A stretch of DNA of 64,000 bases from an uncultured Candidatus Rokubacteria bacterium (GTDB lineage: Bacteria > Methylomirabilota > Methylomirabilia > Rokubacteriales > CSP1-6): assembly GCA_963771355.1 (NCBI GenBank), contig CAVYTA010000001.1, positions 193,376 to 257,375 of the forward strand. The letters run 5' to 3'. Positions 49,333 to 59,232 of the stretch are shown one piece after another. The position numbers and the translations under genes were made by a program. Below the pieces are notes generated by a model, which saw nothing but the letters and a program-made list of their open reading frames with translations, was not told the origin of the DNA and made no database searches. The stretch's first letter is position 1. Every line of letters starts with the position of its first letter.

Positions 49333-50794
49333 ATGTCGCTCATGACGCAAGGCTTTGACACCCTGATCACGGGCGGCCACCTCCTCACCATGGCCGGGGA
49401 GGGCGTCGGCTTCGTGGAGGACGGCGCCGTCGGCATCCGCGGCCGGAAGATCGTCGCGGTGGGGCCACGCGACCAGGTGGAGGCGCAGGGGCCCGCGGCC
49501 ACCACCATCGACGCGCGCGATCGCCTCGTTCTGCCCGGGCTGATCGACGCCCACATGCACTCGGCGGCGGTGCTGGGCCGAGGCTGGGCGCAGGAGGTCG
49601 AGCAGTGGATGGACGCGGCCTATGGGCCGCTGCTGCGCAACGCGGACCCGGCCGACGCGCCCCTGGGCACGCTCTGGGCCCTGATGGAAGGCGTGGCCAA
49701 CGGGACCACCACCTTCGCCGACTACACGCGCCCGATGGGGGAGCTGGTCAGGAGCCACGCGCGCCTGGGCAGCCGTGGTGTGGTCTGCGACAGCATCAGC
49801 GAGCGGAACTTCGCCAACCGCGAGCAGTGGATCGCGCAGGGCTGGAAGCCGGGCGATCCCACGCCGCTGGACCCGGAGGCGGGTCAAGCCTCGCTGGAGC
49901 GCTCGCTTCGCCTCTTCGACGAGTGGGACGGGCACGACGAGGGGCGCATCCGGGTGATCTTCGGCCCGCATGCGGCGGACTTCCTCTCCAAGGAGATGCT
50001 GCTGCGGGTGCAGGCGGAGGCGCGCAAGCGCGAGCGCCGGCTGCATCTGCACGTGGCGCAGGACCCGCGGGAGAACAACGCGACACTGCAGCGGTTCGGC
50101 CTCCGCGCCATTCCCTACCTCGAGTCCATCGGAATTCTCGCCTCCGACTTGATCGCGGTCCATCTCTCAACCGCAACCGAAGCGGAGGTGGAGACGGTGG
50201 TGCGGAGCGGGGCAGGCATGGTCTGCTGCGCCAACTCGATCGGCATCATCGACGGGGTGATGCCGCCGGCGGCGGCTTTCAAGCGCTTCGGCGGGCGCGT
50301 GGCGCTGGGGTCGGACCAGGCCCCGGGCAATAACTCGCACAATATCTTCAGCGAGATGCGTGCCACCGCGATGTACGCCAAGATCCGCGCGGAGAGCCCC
50401 CTGGCCATCCCCTCCTGGCAGGTGCTGCGGAGCGCCACCATCGAGGGCGCGGAGGTGCTGGGCGTGGCCGACCGCGTGGGCTCGCTCGAGGTGGGCAAGG
50501 AGGCTGACCTCATCCTGCTCGACCTCACGCACCCGCCCCTGGCGCCGGTGCTGCTGCGCCCGGCGCGGAACCTCGTGGCCAATCTCGTCTACGGCGAAAC
50601 GGGGAGGAACGTGGTCGCTGTCCATGGTCGCGGGCAAGGTCATCTATCGCGACGGGCGCTTCGCCAACGTGGATGCGGACCAGGTGCGGCGCGACGTGCA
50701 GGCGGCGGCGGACCGGCTCCAGCAGGCCACCGCCGCGGACGAGCGTACCCGCGACCTGCCCATCGTGGACTTGACCCGACGCGGACTGGCCTGA
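49333..50794 (+). CDS. Metal-dependent amidohydrolase (MtaD/AtzA-like deaminase family); +1 frameshift at ~50614
   Basis: PGLIDAHMH, GTTT, GPHA, HLHVAQ, AVH, LGSD, GSLEVGKEADL. The C-terminus MVAGKVIYRDG lies in the next frame. Confidence 0.88.
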
Positions 50795-50844
50795 CGTTCT
50801 TGTATCCTGGTTTTCACGGGAGGCCCCCAGCGGGGTTTAACCTC

Positions 50845-50872
50845 CGGGGCCAATCTTTCGGGGCCAATCTTT
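50845..50872 (+). repeat. Perfect 14-bp tandem duplication
   Basis: CGGGGCCAATCTTT x2, just upstream of the SD of the next gene. Confidence 0.85.
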
Positions 50873-50887
50873 CTGGGGAGGACACCG

Positions 50888-51340
50888 ATGAGCGTCGACC
50901 GTAGCTATATCGCCGAGAACAAGACCCAGCTCACCCGGCTCCAAGCTCTCCTCGCGGGCCGGAGCGACGCCGACCTGGCGCGCCCGATGGCGGCGGGGTG
51001 GACCGTGGCGGGTGTGCTCGGGCATCTCGCCTTCTGGGACCAGCGTGCCCTCATCCTGCTCGAGCACTGGGAAAAGAAGGGCACGGCGCCGCCCGCGAAC
51101 AACGAGGAGGACGTCGACTGGATGAACGACGCGGCCAAGCCCATGCTCCTGGCGGTGCCGCCGCGCCGCGCCGCCGAACTCTGGCTGTCCATCGCGCAGG
51201 CGGTGGATGCGAAAGCGGCGGGCTTCAGCGACGATCTGGTGGCACGGAACGCGGCCGCGGGGACGCCGGTCAGCCTCAACCGCGGCGCCCACCGTCTGGA
51301 TCACCTCCCGGATCTCGAGCGGGCGCTGCAGGGTCGCTAA
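50888..51340 (+). CDS. DinB/maleylpyruvate-isomerase N-terminal-like protein
   Basis: GWTVAGVLGHLAFWD...HRLDHL, a DinB His-triad pattern. Confidence 0.8.
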   Translation: MSVDRSYIAENKTQLTRLQALLAGRSDADLARPMAAGWTVAGVLGHLAFWDQRALILLEHWEKKGTAPPANNEEDVDWMNDAAKPMLLAVPPRRAAELWLSIAQAVDAKAAGFSDDLVARNAAAGTPVSLNRGAHRLDHLPDLERALQGR

Positions 51341-51345
51341 CGGGC

Positions 51346-51894
51346 GTGGCCCGGCGCGTCCACATTCTCGGCGCGTCGGGGTCGGGGACCACCACCCTGG
51401 CGCAGGCGCTGGGGGCGCAGCTGGGTTGCCGGCACCACGACGTCGACGACTACTTCTGGCTGCCGAGTGAGCCGCCGTTCCAGCATATCCGGGACCGCGA
51501 GGCCCGGCGCGCGCTGCTGAGCGCCGATCTCGAGAAGCCCGGAGGCTGGGTGCTGTCGGGCTCTCTCTGCGGCTGGGGCGATATCTATGTCCCGCTCTTC
51601 GACCTGGTGGTGTTTCTCTGGATCCCGCACGAGCTGCGGATGGCGCGGCTGGCGGCCCGCGAGGTGGCCCGCTATGGGGCCGAGACGATCGCGCCGGGCG
51701 GGGCGATGCACACCGGGTCCGTGGCTTTCATGAAATGGGCGGCCGCCTACGACGAGGGCGGACTCGAGATCCGCAGCCTCCGCCTTCACCACGACTGGCT
51801 GGCCACCTTGCCCGGCCCGGTGTTGCGCCTCGAGGGCGAGGCCTCCGTGGAGGCGAATCTGGCGGCGGTGCTCCGCGCCCTGCCGGACGGTTGA
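51346..51894 (+). CDS. P-loop nucleotide-kinase-like protein (adenylate kinase-related)
   Basis: RVHILGASGSGTTTL, DDYFW, WVLSGS, FDLVVFL. Confidence 0.85.
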   Translation: MARRVHILGASGSGTTTLAQALGAQLGCRHHDVDDYFWLPSEPPFQHIRDREARRALLSADLEKPGGWVLSGSLCGWGDIYVPLFDLVVFLWIPHELRMARLAAREVARYGAETIAPGGAMHTGSVAFMKWAAAYDEGGLEIRSLRLHHDWLATLPGPVLRLEGEASVEANLAAVLRALPDG

Positions 51895-51924
51895 TCGGGC
51901 GTTCGAGCGTTACGCCCTCGCGCC

Positions 51925-52812
51925 TCAGGCCGCCGGCGGCGGGACGACCACGTCCTCGTAGCGGTGGCGCTTCGTGATGAGGCCCGCGTGCTGGAAGACG
52001 TCGAGCGTGACCTCGAAGGCGGGGCGGGTGATCTCCACGTGCGGCGTCCAGCAGCCGAGCTTCTGGTAGTAGGCGATGGTAGCGGTCAACACCGCCTGGT
52101 CGATCTCCGGGAAGAAAGGCGCCTCCGCCTGGGCCACGCGGGCGGCCGGGGTGGCGAGGAGCCAGGCGCGCGCCTTACGGTAGGCGCGCATGAAGCGCCG
52201 CGCCGCGTCCGTCTTGAGCCAGTCACGCGTGGCGGCCAGGCTCGAGAAGGCGCAGGGCCCGATGGCCTCGCCCACCGAGGACACCACGTGGCCCACGCCA
52301 TCGTGCTCGAGCTGCTGCGGCGCCGGCCCCTGCTGGTGAATATAGTCGCCCTCGCCCTTGCGGAACGCCGCGTCCATCTGACCGCTGGGAATGTCGCGCG
52401 CCCGGATCGCGTTGAAATCGAGGCCTTGCTTGTAGCAGGCGAACTTGAACATGGCCAGCGGCTGGCCGCCGTGATCCACCAGCACCGTCTTGCCGTCGAG
52501 CGTTTCCCAGGTGAAGGCGGGGTCGGGGGCGCGGCCGGTGAGGAAGAAGCCGTCCTTCTCGTTGATCTGCGCGAAGTGGACGGCGGGCGGGACCTGTCCC
52601 TTCTCGAGCGGACCGAAGCCCTGGGACGGCGCCGACTGGCAGACGTGCACGGTACCCGCCACCACCCCCTCGATGGCCGACTTGCCGGGCGGGGCGATCG
52701 AGTGCTTCGGGGTGAAGCCTTCTTCCTTCAGAAAGCCGCCCGCGATGGTCGCGATCAGGGGCGAGTAAAAGGCCGAGAAGCGCGTGAACTGAATGCTGAT
52801 CTCGTCGCTCAT
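51925..52812 (-). CDS. NMT1/THI5-like substrate-binding-fold protein without signal peptide
   Basis: MSDEISIQFTRFSAFYSPL...FAQINEKDGFFL...QPLAM...QGPAPQQLE; SD GAGGAG. Confidence 0.82.
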   Translation of the reverse strand: MSDEISIQFTRFSAFYSPLIATIAGGFLKEEGFTPKHSIAPPGKSAIEGVVAGTVHVCQSAPSQGFGPLEKGQVPPAVHFAQINEKDGFFLTGRAPDPAFTWETLDGKTVLVDHGGQPLAMFKFACYKQGLDFNAIRARDIPSGQMDAAFRKGEGDYIHQQGPAPQQLEHDGVGHVVSSVGEAIGPCAFSSLAATRDWLKTDAARRFMRAYRKARAWLLATPAARVAQAEAPFFPEIDQAVLTATIAYYQKLGCWTPHVEITRPAFEVTLDVFQHAGLITKRHRYEDVVVPPPAA

Positions 52813-54601
52813 GGAAGCTCCTCTGGGATCGGCGAAGGCCCAGCTCGCGCGCCAGGGCCCGCGCCTGCTCCACGTAGACGGGGGCCCGCAGCTCGCGCTC
52901 CTCGCGCCGTCCCACGAAGGCGGTCCGATAGCCGGCGGCGGCCGCGCCCGTCTCGTGCCCGCGCAGCGCATGCACCACCGCGCCGCCCGGTCCCGGGGCC
53001 GGCACCCGCGCGAGGTCAAAGTGACGGGCGAGGAAGCCGACCGCGGCGTCGCTCACCGCGATGACGCCATCGCCGACCGCCTCGGAGAGCCCGTCGAGCA
53101 ACTCCAGCGCGCGCCGCTGGGCGTCGGAGTCGATCTCGATACCGTCGCGCGTCTCGGCCAGCTCGACCTGGTCGGAGTGCAGGGCCAGGCGCACCGGCGG
53201 CACCTCGGGACTCTCACGGCGGGCCCGCTCCGCCGCGGAGGCCATGGCAATCGCCGCATGGGCAGCGCGCCGGCTCACATCCTCCATCGGCTCGGCGCCG
53301 AACACGGCGAGGAAGCCCAGCGGGCTGAGCGCCGCGAGCCGCCCGCCGAAGGCCTCGAGCTTGTCCACGAAGGATTCGGCGAGGCGGCTCCAGCCATAGC
53401 TGTCGTCCCGGCGCTCGCCCACCGCACGGACGCGCAGGAAGGTCACCCGGCGCGAGATCCAGCGCAGCGGGCGCACCGGCCGCCGGGCCACCGACGGACC
53501 AGGCTCCGCGATGGCCGGAATCTTCTGCGGCTCGGCGGGCAGGGCCGGCGCCAGCGGCAGGGGCTCCGGCTCGGGGGGATCGGGGTGGGGGGGCAACCCG
53601 GGGGAGCGCAGCTCGTAGCGCGCGATCCGCGCGCGCACGGTATTCCGCGTGATGCCGAGCCGCCGCGCGGTGACGGAGATGTTCCAGCCCGTCTCCTCGA
53701 GCGCCGACAGGAGCTGGTGCCGGGCCGCGTCGTCCGCGGTGAGCGGCGCGGGCGCTCCTGCCGCCGACCCGTCGGCGGACGCCCGGCCGGGGCCCAGCTC
53801 CAGCATCCGGGCGCTCACGGCGGCGGCATCGGTCAGGAGCGCGACGCGCTCCATCACGTTCGCGAGCTCGCGGACATTGCCGGGCCAGGGATAGGCGCGC
53901 AGGCGCGCGCGCGCGTCGGCGTCCAGGGTCTTCGGCGGCAGCCCGTACTCGCGACAGGCGCGCTCGAGGAAGGCCTCCGCCAGCACCACGATGTCGCCGC
54001 CGCGCTCCCGGAGGGGCGGCAGCATGAGCGTCACCACCGCCAGACGATGATAGAGGTCCTCGCGGAAACGCCGCTCGCGGGCGGCCGCCTCCAGGTCGAG
54101 ATTGCTGGCGGCGATGATGCTCACGTCCACCGCCTCGCCCCGGGTAGCGCCAAGCCGGCGCACGACGCGCTCCTCGAGGGCGGTCAGCAGCTTGGCCTGA
54201 GCGGGCTCGTGCAAGAGCCCGATCTCGTCGAGGAAGAGGGTGCCGCCGCCGGCGATCTCGAAGAGCCCGGGCTTGGCCCGCCGCGCGTCCGTGAATGCGC
54301 CCGGCTCGAAGCCGAACAGCTCGGCCTCCACGAGATGCTCGGGCAAGGCGGCGCAGTTGATGGCCTGGAACGGCCCGGTCGCCCGGGGGCCCGCGCGGTG
54401 AATGGCCCGCGCGAGCAGACCCTTGCCGGTGCCGGTCTCGCCCACGAGCAGGATGGCCGGTAGCCGCCGCGCGCTCGACTGCATCTGGACGAGGCGGCGG
54501 ACCTGGGCCCGCAGCGCCACCATGGCCGTGCTCTCGCCCATGAGCTCGGCGAGCGGGTCGATCAAGCGCGCCGGTCCGCCGTCACTGGAGGCATCGACCA
54601 T
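52809..54601 (-). pseudogene. sigma54-interaction AAA+ / Fis-HTH / degenerate cyclase-like regulator, apparently internally deleted
   Basis: [32 protein letters not shown] (WNISVTARRLGITRNTVR), cyclase-like segment (FLAVFGAEPMED), then FVGRREE directly followed by ARALARELGL. As sequenced, the ORF runs on out of frame to 52223 across the next gene. Confidence 0.7.
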
Positions 54602-54663
54602 CTTTACCTTCTACGCTGCCGGGACGTGCTCTTCAAGCGCGCGTGTCACGCGCGGATGTCGGC

Positions 54664-56226
54664 TCACGGACGCTTGAGCCGGAGGTCCTCATAGGGCGCG
54701 GAGTAGGCATGGCCCGGGATGAGGGACAGGCCCGACTCCTCCACGCGCGGGCCGACCGCCCACAGAAAGGCCGACTCCATCAGGGGCGCATGGGTGACGC
54801 GGTCGTGGATGAGGCGCTGGATCTGATGCAGCATCGCCTCGCGCTTCTTCCGGTCCAGCTCGCGCGACTGCCGCGCGTAGAGATCCTCGGCCTCGGGGAT
54901 GGCGCTATAGGAGTAGAAGCCGTCGCGCGTGACGAAGGGCTCGAGCCGCGTGGCAGCATTGCCCGACGGCGCCACCAGCGCCATGATCACGCCGGGGATC
55001 TTCTTCTCGCGCCAGGCGGTGAGAAAGGCCGCGCGCTCCATGTTCTTGATGCGGGTGCGGATGCCGGCCGCGCGCAGGAAGTTGGCGACGGCCTCGCCCA
55101 TCGAATTGTAAGGGGGGAAGGGCGTGAAGTCGCCGCCGTCGAGGCCGCCCGGATAGCCGGCCTCGGCGAGGAGCGCCCGGGCCCGCGCGGGGTCATAGGG
55201 ATGCGGCGGCAGCTCCAGCGCGAACTCCAGCGCCCTGGGCACGATGTTGCCGCTCGGGCGCGCGAAGCCGAGCCACTCCGCCTCGCTCACCGCCTTCCGG
55301 TCCACCGCGAGGCTCGCTGCCAGCCGCACGCGCCGGTCGTGCCACGGCGACTTCGAGTCGCCCTGCTCGGGGAAGTCGAGCCAGAACTGGCCGACCGACG
55401 GGAGCGGCGAGGCCACCTTGAAGCCCGGCGTGCGCTTGAGCTCCTCGGCCACCGGACCCGACACGAGATAGATGAGATCCACCTCGCCCCGCTTCACCGC
55501 GGCGGCGCGCGTGGTCTCGTCGGTGATGGTGCGGAGGACCAGCCGCTTGATGGCGGGGGGCTTGCGCCAGTAGCCCTCGAAGGCCTCGAGCACCAGCTCG
55601 ATGCCCGGATTGAAGGACACCAGCTTGTAGGGCCCCGCGCCGATGGGCGCCTTCTTGAAGCCCTCCTCGCCCACCCGCTCGACGTATTTCCTCGGCACCA
55701 CCCAGGCCGCGCCCGACGCGGTGGTCCCGTAGAAGGTCATGAAGTCGGGCCAGGGCTCCTTCAAGACGATGCGCACGCGACCGGGATCCGGGGTCTGGAC
55801 CTCCTTGACGCGGTCCTTGAGGAGCTTGGACGCCGCGCCCCGATAGCGCTCGAAGGAGAACTTCACGTCGTCGGCGGTGACCGGGGAGCCGTCGTGGAAG
55901 CGCGCATTCTTGCGCAGCACGAACTCGTAGACGAGCCCGTCGCGCGACACCGTCCACGACTCGGCCAGGCTGGGGCCGGACATGGCGCCGGTCATGGGCT
56001 TCACCACCGCGTCGTGGATGGCGTACAGCACCATGAACGGCGTGACCAGCGCCTCCGTCTCCGCCGGGTCCAGCCAGCGCGAGGCGAGCGTCACGTGGAC
56101 GCCCCAGGTCATGGTGCCCTCCGGCGCGGCGCCGGCGCGTTCGGCGACGGCGAACGCGAGCGCGGGCGCGAGGACGCCGGCGAGGAGCAGCGAGCGCAGC
56201 GAGCGAGGGATGGGGGCGAGGGGCAT
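54664..56226 (-). CDS. ABC transporter substrate-binding protein, family 5 (peptide/nickel)
   Basis: Signal peptide; LAESWTVS, FHDGSPVTADDVKFSF, PIGAGPY, RVRLAASLAVDR, YDPARARALLAEAGY. Confidence 0.93.
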   Translation of the reverse strand: MPLAPIPRSLRSLLLAGVLAPALAFAVAERAGAAPEGTMTWGVHVTLASRWLDPAETEALVTPFMVLYAIHDAVVKPMTGAMSGPSLAESWTVSRDGLVYEFVLRKNARFHDGSPVTADDVKFSFERYRGAASKLLKDRVKEVQTPDPGRVRIVLKEPWPDFMTFYGTTASGAAWVVPRKYVERVGEEGFKKAPIGAGPYKLVSFNPGIELVLEAFEGYWRKPPAIKRLVLRTITDETTRAAAVKRGEVDLIYLVSGPVAEELKRTPGFKVASPLPSVGQFWLDFPEQGDSKSPWHDRRVRLAASLAVDRKAVSEAEWLGFARPSGNIVPRALEFALELPPHPYDPARARALLAEAGYPGGLDGGDFTPFPPYNSMGEAVANFLRAAGIRTRIKNMERAAFLTAWREKKIPGVIMALVAPSGNAATRLEPFVTRDGFYSYSAIPEAEDLYARQSRELDRKKREAMLHQIQRLIHDRVTHAPLMESAFLWAVGPRVEESGLSLIPGHAYSAPYEDLRLKRP

Positions 56227-56346
56227 GGAGTCCTCCGTGGCGGCAGAGTACGCGGCGCCCGCGCGCCTGTCCAGGCCGACGCGATGGACGTATTCGTGTC
56301 GCCGCCGGAAGGCTTCCCCGCGGCTCCTTCGGTGTAGCATCGGGCG

Positions 56347-57568
56347 GTGCGCAACCGGCACCTCGGGCTGGCCTCGGGTCTCGCGCTGGCCTATTCGCTG
56401 GCGCTCCTCGGCGACCAGATGCTCTACGTCTACCTGCCCTCGCACCCGGTGGCGGCGGGCATCGCGACGGCGAGCCTCGGCCTGGTTCTCAGCGCGAACC
56501 GCTTCGTGCGGCTGGCCGCCAACTCGCTGGCCGGGCTCCTCTCCGATCGGCTGGGCCGCCGGCAGCCCTATCTCCTCGGCATGCTGCTGGCTCTCGTCTC
56601 CACCACCGGCTACCTCGTCTCGGACGGCTTCTGGCCCCTCCTCCTCTCGCGCGTCGTCTGGGGCATCGCCTTCGCGCTCATCCACGTGGTCGGAGCCGCC
56701 ATCATCCTCGACGTATCGACCGACGAGGATCGCGGGCGCACCGTGGGCTCGTACTCGTCGCTGGCCCAGTGCGGGACGCTGATCGGCCTCGTGCTCTCGG
56801 GCTTTCTCACCGACCTCCTCGGCTACCGCGGCACTCTCGTCGATCTACGTCCCGCTGGCCGCGCTGGGGATCCTCGTCGCCGTCCTCGTGCTTCGCCACC
56901 GCGACGACGGGCCCGTCCGCCGACCGGCGGCGGCCCCGGGCGGGCTCGGCATCCCGGCGACCTTGCGCCGGCTCGATCCCCGCCTCCTCGCGCCGGCCTA
57001 CGTCAACTTCGTGAGCCTCTTCGCCGGGAGCGGCGTGGTGGCGGCGACGCTCGGTCTCTACCTCAGGCAGCTGGCGTCCGATCCGGACGCGAGCTTCGCG
57101 GTGCCCATCGCCTCGCTCACCGGCATCCTCCTCGCGGTGCGCCGCCTCGCGGGCATGGTGGAGGCGCCCATCGCCGGCCAGCTCCTGGACCGATTCGGCG
57201 ACCGGCGCGCCGTCGCCGCGCTGGGCGCGCTGGTGAGCCTGGGGGGCTTCACGGTTCTCGCGACGGGGCAAAGCGTGGGCTTGGTGATCGCCGGCGTGGT
57301 GCTCATCTCGATCGGCGAGGGATTCATCGGGCCGGCGGTGGTGGTATGGACGGGGGACAATGCGCCGCCGCATCTTCGCGGGGCGGTGATGGGTGGGCTC
57401 GCCACCACGGGAGACCTGGGCGCGGCGATCGGCCCCCTCGTGGGCTACGCCCTGCTCGAGTCGGGTGGCCTCCGTGTTGCCTACGCGCTCTGCGTGGCCC
57501 TCATGGTCTCGGCGCTGCTGGTGCTCGCCTTCGTGCGCGGCGCCTCCCCCATGGCCCGCCGCACCTAG
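56347..57568 (+). CDS. MFS transporter; +1 frameshift at ~56842
   Basis: GLLSDRLGRR and GQLLDRFGDR motif-A copies; about 12 TM segments across two frames. Confidence 0.88.
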
Positions 57569-57608
57569 CGCCCGTGGAGCACGGTGCGGGTGAGCACCGG
57601 ACCGCCGC

Positions 57609-58148
57609 CTACTCGGGCGCCACCCCGAGGCCCTCGCCCACGCGATTGGTGTAGTTGAAGTAGCCGGTGAGCAGCGCCACCTCGAACACCTCCGCCTCGG
57701 AGAGTCCCGCCACGCGGAGCGAGGCCACGTCGTCCGCGGTCATGGCCCGGGGCGTGCGGGTGAGCTTCAGCGCGTAGCGGAGGATGGCGGCGTCGGCGCC
57801 GGTGACGGCACCCGCGTCGAGCGCCGCGCCGGGGTCGGCGGCGAGCGCCGCCACCACGCTCTCCTCCACCTTGTGGGCGCGGAGAAAGCCCGCGTGGAGG
57901 CCGGTGCAGTGGCGGCAGCCGTTCTCGGCGGAGACCGCCACCGCGATCAGCTCCTTCCGCTTCTTCGAGAGCGCGCCGATGCGACCGAGCCGCTCGTAGA
58001 AGTCCAGGTGCGCGTCGAGATGCGCGGGGCTCACGCTGTAGGCCCGGTAGAAGGGGATCACGCGGCCCAGCGCGCGGACGATGCGCGCGTACGCGTCCTT
58101 GAGCGGGCCCTCCGCGGCGTCCTCATGCGTCTCGGCGATCCAGGTCAT
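57609..58148 (-). CDS. AhpD/carboxymuconolactone-decarboxylase-like peroxidase-related protein
   Basis: ELIAVAVSAENGCRHCTGLH, YALKLTRTP, FNYTNR. Confidence 0.88.
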   Translation of the reverse strand: MTWIAETHEDAAEGPLKDAYARIVRALGRVIPFYRAYSVSPAHLDAHLDFYERLGRIGALSKKRKELIAVAVSAENGCRHCTGLHAGFLRAHKVEESVVAALAADPGAALDAGAVTGADAAILRYALKLTRTPRAMTADDVASLRVAGLSEAEVFEVALLTGYFNYTNRVGEGLGVAPE

Positions 58149-58190
58149 GCGGGGCTCCTCCCGTGAGGAAGCAGTATATAGTGATCGTCC

Positions 58191-59216
58191 ATGAAGGTCG
58201 TGCTCATCCCCGGCGACGGCATCGGGCCGGAGGTGGCGGCGGCGGCGCGGGAGGTCGTGGCGGCCACCGGCGTGGCCATCGACTGGGTGGTCGCCCATGC
58301 CGGCGCCGCCGCCGCCGAGCGCTTCGGCGACCCGCTGCCCGAGGCTACCCTGGCCCTCGTGCGCGAGCATCGCGTGGCGCTCAAGGGGCCCTGCACCACT
58401 CCCATCGGCGAGGGCTTCCGCTCCATCAACGTGCGCATGCGCCAGGCGCTCGACCTCTTCGCCAGCGTGCGGCCGGTGCGGACGCTGCCCGGAGTCAAGG
58501 TGCCCTTCGAGCGCGTGGACCTCGTGGTGGTGCGCGAGAACACCGAGGGTCTCTACTCCGGCCTCGAGCACGTGGTGGTGCCCGGCGTCATCGAGGGGTT
58601 GCGCATCGTCACCCGCGCCGCCGCCGAGCGCATCGTGCGCTTCGCCTTCGAGCTGGCGCGGCGCGAGGGACGGCGGCGGGTGACCTTCTGCCACAAGGTG
58701 GACGTGCTCCGGCTCTCCGACGGCCTGTTCCTCGACTCCGCCCGGACGGTGGCGGAGGAATTCCCCTTCATGGAGTTCGAGGAGCGGCGCATCGACAACC
58801 TCTGCATGGAGCTGGCGCTGGATCCCTCCCGCTTCGACGTGCTGGTGATGGAGAACCTCTTCGGCGACGTCATCAGCGACCTGTGCGCCGGGCTGGTGGG
58901 CGGGCTGGGCCTCGTGCCCGGGGCCAATATCGGCGGGCGCTACGCCGTGTTCGAGGCCGTGCACGGGAGCGCGCCCGATATCGCGGGCAAGGGGCTGGCC
59001 AACCCCATCGCGGTGATCCGCTCCGCCGCGCTGCTCCTCGACCACGTGGGCCAGCGCGCGGCGAGCCGGCGCATCGAGACGGCGGTGATGCGCGCGCTCG
59101 AGCGCGGGCGGGGGCTCACCCGCGATCTGGGCGGCGACGGGACCACGCGGACCCTCACCGAGGCCATCATCGAGAGCCTGCCCCGGGCGAGTCAGCCATC
59201 GGCGGGCGCGGCCTGA
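58191..59216 (+). CDS. NAD-dependent isocitrate/isopropylmalate dehydrogenase family, catalytic-type subunit
   Basis: IPGDGIGPE, RSINVRMR, RENTEGLY, NLFGDVISD, EAVHGSAPDIAGKGLANP. Confidence 0.92.
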   Translation: MKVVLIPGDGIGPEVAAAAREVVAATGVAIDWVVAHAGAAAAERFGDPLPEATLALVREHRVALKGPCTTPIGEGFRSINVRMRQALDLFASVRPVRTLPGVKVPFERVDLVVVRENTEGLYSGLEHVVVPGVIEGLRIVTRAAAERIVRFAFELARREGRRRVTFCHKVDVLRLSDGLFLDSARTVAEEFPFMEFEERRIDNLCMELALDPSRFDVLVMENLFGDVISDLCAGLVGGLGLVPGANIGGRYAVFEAVHGSAPDIAGKGLANPIAVIRSAALLLDHVGQRAASRRIETAVMRALERGRGLTRDLGGDGTTRTLTEAIIESLPRASQPSAGAA

Positions 59217-59232
59217 GTGCGGCGGCCGGTCC

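Noticed and set aside
52223..52808. A real 590-nt same-strand overlap between the regulator and the NMT1-like gene
   Set aside because: The run-on translation is low-quality alternate-frame sequence. A single-base correction ends the regulator at the next gene's start.
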